Source of the DNA: an uncultured Rhizobiaceae bacterium
GTDB lineage: Bacteria > Pseudomonadota > Alphaproteobacteria > UBA828
Assembly (NCBI GenBank): GCA_964429775.1
Contig: CAYSDJ010000011.1
Span: forward strand, 2,692 to 66,691
DNA length: 64,000 nucleotides
Direction: 5' to 3'
Shown here: positions 40,667 through 49,878 of the stretch, one piece after another
How the letters are laid out: each line of letters starts with the position of its first letter
Numbering within the stretch: position 1 is the stretch's first letter
Notes under the pieces: model-generated
Seen by the model: the letters and a program-made list of their open reading frames with translations, nothing else
The model's database searches: none
What the model was told of the DNA's origin: nothing
Made by a program: the position numbers and the translations under genes

Positions 40667-40688
40667 AGACGAAAGGTCCGACCCAAGT

Positions 40689-41078
40689 ATGCCGGACGGG
40701 AATAAACCCAAGATTTTGGTAATTGATGATGACGATCTGGTGCGCGCGACGATAGTGGCCGTGCTGGATCGCGCTGATGTTGAGGTTTCTGAAGCCGCCG
40801 ACGGCGATGTCGGCATGCGCCTTTTTGAAGAAGGTGGGCATGATGTCGTCATCACCGATATTCTGATGCCCAACCGTGAAGGTATTGAGACCATTCGCGA
40901 TTTGCGCCGCAGCAATGAGAGCGTGAAAATCATCGCCATTTCCGGCGGCGGTAATATCGACAAAATGCAATTGTTGGATTTGGCGCAAAAATTCGGCGCC
41001 GACCGGGTGCTGCCCAAGCCCTTCACGCCGCAGCAGGTGTTGACCACGCTGGATGAAGTTCTGGCGGAGCGCGCCTAG
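40689..41078 (+). CDS. single-domain response regulator (CheY-like receiver)
   Basis: ILVIDDD acidic pocket, ITDILMP phospho-Asp, conserved T and K; no output domain. Confidence 0.85.
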   Translation: MPDGNKPKILVIDDDDLVRATIVAVLDRADVEVSEAADGDVGMRLFEEGGHDVVITDILMPNREGIETIRDLRRSNESVKIIAISGGGNIDKMQLLDLAQKFGADRVLPKPFTPQQVLTTLDEVLAERA

Positions 41079-41091
41079 ACTTCAACTTGTT

Positions 41092-42327
<1,236 letters not shown>

Positions 42328-42342
42328 CTAACGCTGCTTTGC

Positions 42343-43173
42343 CTAGCCGAGCACCTTTTCGTTGGCGCGGTGGAGAAAATCGATCGTCGAGGCGATGGTT
42401 TTCTCCGGGCACTCCACCAAATCCGCATGGCCGATATCCTCGTAAACGATTATTTCGCAGCCCGGAATATTGTCGGCGACCCATTGTGCGCCGGCACCCG
42501 TGCTGCCGGTTTCCATGGGTGTTAACATATCTTTTTTAGCGGTGATGACGAGGGTCGGGTTGGTAATTTTTTTACAGTCCTCGCGCAAGTCCATGTTTTC
42601 CATAGCGATGCAGGCCTGCACCACCGTCTCGACCGAATTGAGCCCGACAATGGTGCGCACCATGTCAATCAATCCCGCGCCGTTCGGGCCGTCGAGATAA
42701 TCGGCGCCGACTGCCTGGGTGACGACATGGTCGGCAAATTCGGGCGAGCAGCCCCATGAGGTCGCCATATGGCGCCAGGTGCGGAACATGATCTTGCGCA
42801 TGCCATCGCATTTGGCAAAAGCGCAATCGCTCACCACGCCGATGCATTTCTCGGGGTATTTGGCGGCGAATTTAAGCGCGATCATGCCGCCGGCCGAGGT
42901 TCCCATGACGTGCGCGCGCGGGATGCCGAGCTTGTCCATCAGGGCGGCGAGATCATCGGCCCAGAGATCGAGATCATAGGCTTGCAGCGGCCGGTCGGTC
43001 TGGCCGTAGCCGCGCTGGTCGTAGCTGATGAGCTTGAAGTTCTCGGCCAAGCCTTCCCACACCATGGCGAAATTCTGGCGTCCGAACAGCGAGCCGCCGA
43101 TCAAGGCGAGCGGCTCGCCATCGCCCATATATTCATAAAAAATATTAATCCCGTTTGCTTCGACTTTTGGCAT
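42343..43173 (-). CDS. alpha/beta hydrolase
   Basis: GTSAG nucleophile elbow; co-oriented immediately upstream of ispG. Confidence 0.75.
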   Translation of the reverse strand: MPKVEANGINIFYEYMGDGEPLALIGGSLFGRQNFAMVWEGLAENFKLISYDQRGYGQTDRPLQAYDLDLWADDLAALMDKLGIPRAHVMGTSAGGMIALKFAAKYPEKCIGVVSDCAFAKCDGMRKIMFRTWRHMATSWGCSPEFADHVVTQAVGADYLDGPNGAGLIDMVRTIVGLNSVETVVQACIAMENMDLREDCKKITNPTLVITAKKDMLTPMETGSTGAGAQWVADNIPGCEIIVYEDIGHADLVECPEKTIASTIDFLHRANEKVLG

Positions 43174-43437
43174 GAGCTGATTCCTGATTGCCTGGAGTGC
43201 GCCGCGATCTTTTCGAGGCTGATTTCGCCACCATTATGCCGCCCCATCGGGATCAGGTCGATGGTCAGTCTCATGGCTCTATTCATTGCGGTAGGGGAAC
43301 TGACTTTTGCCTCCCGGTCCAGTGCCTTAGCATTTGGGAGTACCAGACTTAGGCGATGAAACACTATGTACCTTCATTGCGCCATAGACACCTGTCAACA
43401 TCTGTAATCTACTGATTTTGTTATATTAATTGCGGTG

Positions 43438-43453
43438 TTAATGTTTCATTAAT
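43438..43453 (+). promoter_or_regulatory. CtrA-like full site TTAA-N7-TTAAT
   Basis: ttaatgtttcattaat versus consensus TTAA-N7-TTAAC; also TTAA-N6-TTAACC at 43484-43499 and GANTC at 43514. Confidence 0.35.
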
Positions 43454-43521
43454 GTCTCACTTCTAGGATCGGGTTAAGAGAAATTAAGTTTTGTTAACCT
43501 AAGATCGTTCATGATTCGATT

Positions 43522-45309
43522 GTGGTGACGGCAAATAAAAATATTGGCGGGACATCTACGCCTTTCGATGAAATGGAATCGCTTGGCGCCCAATCAGGCC
43601 AGTCACCGCCCAACTTCCTGTCTGTCCTCAATGTTTTAAGATTTCTGCAATTGCGGCATTCGCTCAAGTGGACGATCGTTCTTCCCATTCCACTCATCAT
43701 CGCCGTCGCCATAATTTGTATTTCCATATTGGTGCCCAAATTGACGGCGGACAATGCGCGAGAAACCGCTGTGAATTCGGCAATTCAAACCGCGACCCAG
43801 TTCCGGATATTGCGCGAATATTATACCGAATCCGTGATTTCCAAGGCGATGAAGAATGGTGCGTTGTCGCCGAGCCATGATCACCAGACGGATTCAAACG
43901 CCATTCCGCTGCCGGCCACCTTCATTCATGACATGAGTGATCTGCTCAAAAACGAAAACACCACAATGAGTCTCTATAGCGCCCTGCCTTTTCCGTTTCG
44001 AAACGTGCGGGTTCTGGACGATTTTCAGAGGGAAGCGTGGCGTCAGCTTTCCATAGACCCAGAGAGCATCTTCACACGCCAGGTAGATCGCGATGGCAGC
44101 AATTTCTTGCGCGTTGCCATCGCCGACCGGATGGTCACCGAGGCCTGCGTGAACTGTCACAACAGCCACCCCGATTCGCCGAAGACGGATTGGAAACTTG
44201 GGGACGTCCGCGGCATTCTGGAAATCAATACTTCCATTGACGACCAACTCGCCGCCGGGGCGCATCTCGCCAACATATTGATTCTGATCGCCGGGATTGG
44301 CGGCGGCTTTGTCATGCTCATTGCGCTATTCCTCGGGCGGCGCATATCCCTTCCTTTGCTCGGCATGGCACAGACCATGACAGATATTGCGGACGGCAAG
44401 GAAAGTGTCAGAATTTCCGGCGCGGAGAGGCGCGATGAGATTGGTGCGACGGCGCGTGCGCTGGAAGTGTTCAAGCGGAGCGTCGACACCATCAAGAAAA
44501 ACGAAGCCGACCTTCTCCGTATGCGCGACACGCTGGAGCAACGTGTGGTCGAACGGACATATGAATTGGATCATGCGCTGCATATCGCAGAGGAGGCGAA
44601 TCGGGCGAAATCTGATTTTTTGGCGACAATTAGCCACGAATTGCGAACGCCGCTAAATGCCATTATCGGCTTCTCGGAGATTATGAAAAGTGAGGCGATC
44701 GGGCCGATTAAAGCGGAGAAATATCAGGAATATGCGACCGACATAAACTATTCCGGTCAACACTTGCTGGATTTGATAAACGATATTTTGGACCTTACCA
44801 AGGTGGAAGCGGGCAAGTTTGAATTGAAAGAGGAAAATGTCGATGTCGCCGGCACCATCAACGCCTGCGTGGTCATGGTTAGTGAAGCGGCGCGCTCAGC
44901 CAGTCTTACCGTTGAACAATTAATGCCCGATCGGGCGCCCGTTTTGCGCGCAGATCCGCGACTGTTGAAGCAGATCTTGGTCAATCTTCTTTCCAACGCC
45001 GTCAAATTTACTGAAGCGGGTGGCAATATCTCTATCCGCGCATATACATCGGAGGCGGGTGAATTCGTCATTCAGGTTTCCGATACCGGCATCGGCATCA
45101 AGCCTGAAAATATTTCGAAAGTGATGGCGGTGTTCGGTCAGGTCGACAATTCCCTCAGCCGCAAACATGAGGGCTCCGGGCTTGGCTTACCATTGACCAA
45201 GGGTCTGGTCGAACGGCACGGTGGGTCGCTGACGCTGGAAAGCGAGGTCGGTGTGGGCACGGTCGTCACTCTGCAATTCCCGACCTACCGAATTGTTGGC
45301 GGGGCATAA
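43522..45309 (+). CDS. sensor histidine kinase with a periplasmic CXXCH (putative c-type haem, DUF3365/Tll0287-like) sensor domain, HAMP, HisKA and HATPase_c
   Basis: TM1 aa~50-72 and TM2 aa~245-265 flank a domain with EACVNCHNSHPD; ISHELRTPLN H-box; GSGLGL G2 box. The start is uncertain: GTG 43522 or ATG 43573. Confidence 0.8.
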   Translation: MVTANKNIGGTSTPFDEMESLGAQSGQSPPNFLSVLNVLRFLQLRHSLKWTIVLPIPLIIAVAIICISILVPKLTADNARETAVNSAIQTATQFRILREYYTESVISKAMKNGALSPSHDHQTDSNAIPLPATFIHDMSDLLKNENTTMSLYSALPFPFRNVRVLDDFQREAWRQLSIDPESIFTRQVDRDGSNFLRVAIADRMVTEACVNCHNSHPDSPKTDWKLGDVRGILEINTSIDDQLAAGAHLANILILIAGIGGGFVMLIALFLGRRISLPLLGMAQTMTDIADGKESVRISGAERRDEIGATARALEVFKRSVDTIKKNEADLLRMRDTLEQRVVERTYELDHALHIAEEANRAKSDFLATISHELRTPLNAIIGFSEIMKSEAIGPIKAEKYQEYATDINYSGQHLLDLINDILDLTKVEAGKFELKEENVDVAGTINACVVMVSEAARSASLTVEQLMPDRAPVLRADPRLLKQILVNLLSNAVKFTEAGGNISIRAYTSEAGEFVIQVSDTGIGIKPENISKVMAVFGQVDNSLSRKHEGSGLGLPLTKGLVERHGGSLTLESEVGVGTVVTLQFPTYRIVGGA

Positions 45310-45340
45310 ATTTTGCTTGCGACGGCGAATCTGTGTCGCG

Positions 45341-46354
45341 TTAGGCCACGGATTTTTGCTGTTCGGCGGCGCGTGGCTTGGTACGCAATTCCTTCAGCTC
45401 GAACGGATCGGCGTGAATATCTTGCATATCCGCGCCGGCGAGGAAGGCGCGTTTTTTGGCGCCGTGCACCATCGGCGGGTTGCCGCAGAGATAGACGCGC
45501 CACCCCTTGAGGTTTTTGAGTTCCGCGAGCGCCACCTCGTCGGCCCGGCCACGGGTGTAGCCGAGCGGTGGGTTTTCGCCCGAGAGACAGCCGGTATATC
45601 TGAAATTGGGATAGGTCTGGGCAAGATCAAACAGGCTGTCGCGGTGGTATAGGCCGGCCGGCTCGCGCGAGCCATGATAGAGCCGGACCTCGCCGCTATG
45701 GCCGTCGTTCAGCGCATCGCGGGCAATTGCCACGAGTGGCGCGAGACCGGTGCCGCTGCCGATGAGCAGCAGGTTTTTCTCGGGCGCACCGGGCAGGTAG
45801 AAGCAGGCACCGTTCGGGCCCTGGATATCGACACTTTCGCCGATCTTCATCTCATTGAAGGCCCAGTTACTCATTTTGCCGCCGGGCAGGCGCTTGATAT
45901 GGAATTCGAGATAGCGGTCGAGGTTGGGCACGCTGGCGAGGGAGTAGGAACGGCACAGGCCATCGCCGCGGCGTAAGTTGAGAAACTGCCCGGCGTGGTA
46001 ATAGAGCGGCGTCGCCGGCTCGAGCATAACGCGGCAAATATCGGGCGCCAGCAATTCGCGTGACTGAACCAGGGCGCGCTGATAGATCGCCGCGTCCTCG
46101 GCCTGCACGACCCGGATATCGCCCTCGGGCACGCACAGGCAGGAGAGAAAATAGCCCTCGACGCGCAGTGTCTCGCGTAAGCCCGCTTGCGCTTTTTCCG
46201 GCACACCGCCATCGGGCGTGCGCATCATGCAGTTGAAGCAGGTGCCCTTGCGGCACGAATAGTTCGGTTCCTCGCCGTTGCGCAGCAGGGTATCGAGGAC
46301 CGATTCCGATGGCTCGGCCTCGTAAACCCTGTTGCTGAATTCTACGCTCGGCAT
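45341..46354 (-). CDS. ferredoxin--NAD(P)H reductase with an N-terminal plant-type 2Fe-2S domain (BenC/XylA-like), likely the trHbN reductase
   Basis: CRKGTCFNC...C Fe-S cluster; RSYSLAS FAD motif; LLLIGSGTGLAP NAD motif; ATG 46354 lies 24 nt after the trHbN stop with SD AGCAGG. Confidence 0.8.
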   Translation of the reverse strand: MPSVEFSNRVYEAEPSESVLDTLLRNGEEPNYSCRKGTCFNCMMRTPDGGVPEKAQAGLRETLRVEGYFLSCLCVPEGDIRVVQAEDAAIYQRALVQSRELLAPDICRVMLEPATPLYYHAGQFLNLRRGDGLCRSYSLASVPNLDRYLEFHIKRLPGGKMSNWAFNEMKIGESVDIQGPNGACFYLPGAPEKNLLLIGSGTGLAPLVAIARDALNDGHSGEVRLYHGSREPAGLYHRDSLFDLAQTYPNFRYTGCLSGENPPLGYTRGRADEVALAELKNLKGWRVYLCGNPPMVHGAKKRAFLAGADMQDIHADPFELKELRTKPRAAEQQKSVA

Positions 46355-46378
46355 GGTTTGCCTGCTTCGCACTGTTGC

Positions 46379-46747
46379 CTATTGGTTGAGAACGTCGCCC
46401 TTCGTGCTGGCGGCAACGGACATGATTTCACCGGCGATATTCTCCGGCACGCCGAGCTCGCTCAGCGTATCCTGCAAATGGCCGGCCACGGCGTCGAAGT
46501 GCGAGCTGTTGAGGCCCTTTTCCACGAGCTTGGCGTGGGCGGTACGCATATCCTTGCCGGTATATTCATTTGGCCCGCCGAACACCATCGTCAGGAAAGC
46601 TTTCTGCTTTTCGCGCTGGGCGTCCATATCGGTATCATCAAAAAATCCGCTGATAGAATCATCGCTCAATACTTTGCGATAGAACACATCGACCGCGGCA
46701 TTCACGGCAGCTTCGCCACCAATTTGCTGATAGATCGACCCGGTCAT
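46379..46747 (-). CDS. glbN: group I truncated haemoglobin (trHbN)
   Basis: 122 aa; 2-on-2 globin signature (FY..V..D......FF, GGP..Y.G, proximal His in MRTAHAKL). Confidence 0.85.
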   Translation of the reverse strand: MTGSIYQQIGGEAAVNAAVDVFYRKVLSDDSISGFFDDTDMDAQREKQKAFLTMVFGGPNEYTGKDMRTAHAKLVEKGLNSSHFDAVAGHLQDTLSELGVPENIAGEIMSVAASTKGDVLNQ

Positions 46748-46848
46748 TTTGACATTCCCCTAAAGTGATAAATATCTCGCAGTGGAGCTACGAATATCCT
46801 CCGAAGGCGTTACCAAAGGGTGAAAATCAGCCGAAAATTGATAGCGGA

Positions 46849-47325
46849 CTAAGGCCCCACAGCCTGTGCAGCAATGGCGGCAAAGATGGCGTCGAGCTCG
46901 GCCGCCATCTCATCCAGGGCGGCACTCTTATAGGGCGCGAAAACCGCTGTAGGTGTGCGGTAGGTCAGATTGGCGCTGCCGTCCGCATTGGCGGTGAGAT
47001 AGAAGCGGAGCGGCGCCTCGATACCGGATTGGATGCTCGCATCCAGCATGCGCACAGCATAGTCGTTGCGAAATACCCCGATCACCATATTGCCGGCGAT
47101 GTCGATGCCGCGCCGCTTGGCCCCGGCGCTGGCGCTGGCCTTGCTCACCGTGAACATGCCATTGTCCTTGATCGCGCTGCCGAGCGCCGTTACCAGCTCG
47201 GCGAAGGATTTCCCGCTGGCCAGGCTGCGCGTGCCGGGATGGGGCCATTCGGCGGCGCCGAGTGGCGGCGCCAGCAGGAACAGGAATAAGGCAGCGAAAA
47301 TAGAGTGTTTTAAAAAGCGCGGCAT
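46849..47325 (-). CDS. secreted DUF302-like hypothetical protein
   Basis: Signal peptide; weak DUF302-like similarity. Confidence 0.5.
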   Translation of the reverse strand: MPRFLKHSIFAALFLFLLAPPLGAAEWPHPGTRSLASGKSFAELVTALGSAIKDNGMFTVSKASASAGAKRRGIDIAGNMVIGVFRNDYAVRMLDASIQSGIEAPLRFYLTANADGSANLTYRTPTAVFAPYKSAALDEMAAELDAIFAAIAAQAVGP

Positions 47326-47407
47326 GGTCTCTCCCGGTCTTGAGCAATTGTTTTAATATCGGGATTATAGAGGGCGATTTGTGCACGCGGGATAACAGTC
47401 GGGTGAA

Positions 47408-48028
47408 GTGGTGGCGAGAGGATTTCTAAGCGATAGCCGGCAGGCGGGCGAGGTGCTTTCCAGGCTCGCGGCGGAAGATGCCGCGTGTCTGCCTCTATTG
47501 TCCGCATCTGAACTTCCGCCGTTTCTCGAGGTGGCGCGCGGGCTCAGCTACCGCACCGCTCGGGGAGAAGTCGGCGCCGGCGCGCGCGCGGTGCGGCAGG
47601 ATTTCGATATCTGCATGTCGCCGCCCCGGCCTGGTCTGTTGTGGGACTTGGTGGCGCGGGTGGAGGAATTTCTCGGCAAAGCTCTGGCCGAAAACCAGCC
47701 TGCCTTGCTGGACGGGCCGCTCATCCTCAATGACCTCGTCGTCCAGCACTATCAAGCCGGTTCGCTCGGCATCACCGCACACCGCGATCATGTTCGCTAC
47801 ACGGGCTTGGTCGCGTTGATTCTACTGTCAGGTGAAGGCGGGCGCTTTTATGCCTGCACTGAACGCTCAGGCCTTGATGCGCGCGAAATTCCCTGGCGCC
47901 CGGGCGACATGCTTTTGATGCGCGCTCCCGGCTTCGCCGAACGCACCGACCGTCCATTTCATTATTTGTGCGATGTGACGACGGAACGCTACAGCATCGG
48001 TCTGCGCCACGACACGCAAGAAGATTAA
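47408..48028 (+). CDS. hypothetical protein, probably a 2OG-Fe(II) oxygenase (AlkB-like fold)
   Basis: H-R-D-H...H triad candidates (ITAHRDH, FHYL) and RYSIGLRH 2OG-binding Arg motif. Confidence 0.5.
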   Translation: MVARGFLSDSRQAGEVLSRLAAEDAACLPLLSASELPPFLEVARGLSYRTARGEVGAGARAVRQDFDICMSPPRPGLLWDLVARVEEFLGKALAENQPALLDGPLILNDLVVQHYQAGSLGITAHRDHVRYTGLVALILLSGEGGRFYACTERSGLDAREIPWRPGDMLLMRAPGFAERTDRPFHYLCDVTTERYSIGLRHDTQED

Positions 48029-49836
48029 TCCTCGCCCATCTTGAGGGCGGCGAGGAAGGCTTCGTGCGGGATTTCGACATTGCCGAACTGGCGCATGCGT
48101 TTCTTGCCGCGTTTCTGCCGGTCGAGCAGTTTGCGTTTGCGGCTGACATCGCCGCCATAGCATTTCGCGGTGACGTCCTTGCGCATCGCGCTCACCGTCT
48201 CGCGCGCCACCACCTTGCCGCCGATCGCCGCCTGGATGGCAACCTTGAACAGTTGGCGCGGGATCAGGTCTTTGAGGCGCAAACAGAGCGCCCGGCCGCG
48301 CGATTCGGCCTGATCGCGGTGCACCACCATGGAGAGCGAATCGACCGGCTCGCCATTGATCAGAATGCCGAGCTTGACCAGATTGCTCTCCTGATAGCCG
48401 TCGAGATGGTAATCGAAGCTGGCATAGCCGCGCGAAATAGATTTCAGCCGGTCGTAAAAATCGAACACCACTTCGTTGAGCGGCAGGCGGTAGGTCACTA
48501 GGGCGCGGCTGCCGGCATAGGTGAGGTCGGTCTGCTCGCCGCGCTTGTCCTGGCAAAGGGCCAGAACGGGGCCGAGATAGTCGTCCGGCACCATAATGCT
48601 GGCCTTGATCCAGGGTTCGTCGATGGAGCGAATCTTGGTCGGATCGGGCATGTCGGCAGGATTGTGCAGCTCAAATTCTTCGTCTTGCGTGGTGCGCAGG
48701 TGATAGACGACGCTCGGCGCCGTCGCCACCAGGTCGAGATCGAATTCACGCTCAAGCCGCTCTTCGACGATTTCGAGATGCAACAGGCCGAGGAAGCCGC
48801 AGCGGAAGCCCATGCCGAGCGCCGCCGAAGTCTCGGCCTCATAATGAAAGCTCGAATCATTGAGGCTGAGCTTGGCCAGGCTTTCGCGCAGGCGTTCGAA
48901 ATCGTCTGAATCGGCGGGAAACAGACCGCAGAAGACAACCGGCACGCTTGGCTTGAAGCCGGGCAGGGGCTCGGCCGTTTGGCGCCGCTCCTCGGTGAAG
49001 GTATCGCCGACCTCGCATTCGGAAACATCCTTGATGCTGGCGGTGATAAAACCGATTTCGCCCGGGCCGAGAGCCTCGACAATCTCGTTTTTGGGGGTAA
49101 ACACGCCAACGCGCTCGATATCGTGGATTGAGCCGAGCCCCATCATGCGCACCTTCATGCCCTTGCGCAGATACCCGTCCTGTACCCGCACCAAAATCAT
49201 GACGCCGAGATATTGGTCGTACCAGCTATCGACGAGCAATGCCTTCAAGGGCGCATCCGCATCGCCTTCAGGTGGGGGCAAACGCTCGACCAGCGCATCG
49301 AGCACATCGCTGACACCGGTGCCGGTCTTGGCCGATACCTCCAGCGCGTCGGTGGCGTCGATGCCGATGACATCCTCGATCTGTTGCTGAATGCGCTCGG
49401 GCTCGGCCGAAGCAAGATCAATCTTGTTCAAGACCGGGATCACCTCATGCCCACCATCGACGGCGAGATAGGCATTGGCGAGGGTTTGCGCCTCGACCCC
49501 TTGGGTTGCATCGACCACCAGCAGGGAGCCTTCGCAAGCTGCCAGCGAGCGGCTCACCTCATAGGAAAAATCGACATGGCCCGGCGTGTCGACCAGGTTG
49601 AGGGTATAGATATTGCCGTCTTTCGCCTTGTGCATGAGACGCACGGTTTGGGCCTTGATGGTGATGCCGCGCTCGCGCTCGATATCCATCGAATCGAGCA
49701 CCTGGCTGGTCATCTCGCGCTTTTGCAGGCCGCCGCAAATTTCGATCATGCGGTCGGCCAGGGTCGATTTGCCATGATCGATATGGGCGATAATGGCGAA
49801 ATTGCGGATGTGGGCGAGATCGGTCATGTCGGTCAT
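48025..49836 (-). CDS. lepA: elongation factor 4
   Basis: [14 protein letters not shown]1 motif, DTPGHVDF, LepA C-terminal domain. Confidence 0.92.
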   Translation of the reverse strand: MTDMTDLAHIRNFAIIAHIDHGKSTLADRMIEICGGLQKREMTSQVLDSMDIERERGITIKAQTVRLMHKAKDGNIYTLNLVDTPGHVDFSYEVSRSLAACEGSLLVVDATQGVEAQTLANAYLAVDGGHEVIPVLNKIDLASAEPERIQQQIEDVIGIDATDALEVSAKTGTGVSDVLDALVERLPPPEGDADAPLKALLVDSWYDQYLGVMILVRVQDGYLRKGMKVRMMGLGSIHDIERVGVFTPKNEIVEALGPGEIGFITASIKDVSECEVGDTFTEERRQTAEPLPGFKPSVPVVFCGLFPADSDDFERLRESLAKLSLNDSSFHYEAETSAALGMGFRCGFLGLLHLEIVEERLEREFDLDLVATAPSVVYHLRTTQDEEFELHNPADMPDPTKIRSIDEPWIKASIMVPDDYLGPVLALCQDKRGEQTDLTYAGSRALVTYRLPLNEVVFDFYDRLKSISRGYASFDYHLDGYQESNLVKLGILINGEPVDSLSMVVHRDQAESRGRALCLRLKDLIPRQLFKVAIQAAIGGKVVARETVSAMRKDVTAKCYGGDVSRKRKLLDRQKRGKKRMRQFGNVEIPHEAFLAALKMGED

Positions 49837-49878
49837 TAATAATGAACAAAAGCGCGCCGTTCTGTGGCGCCGGTAGGC

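Noticed and set aside
43101-43364. 87-aa minus-strand ORF inside the AT-rich island upstream of the kinase
   Set aside because: It overlaps the hydrolase N-terminus in another frame, has no SD and a low-complexity translation. It is more likely promoter DNA.
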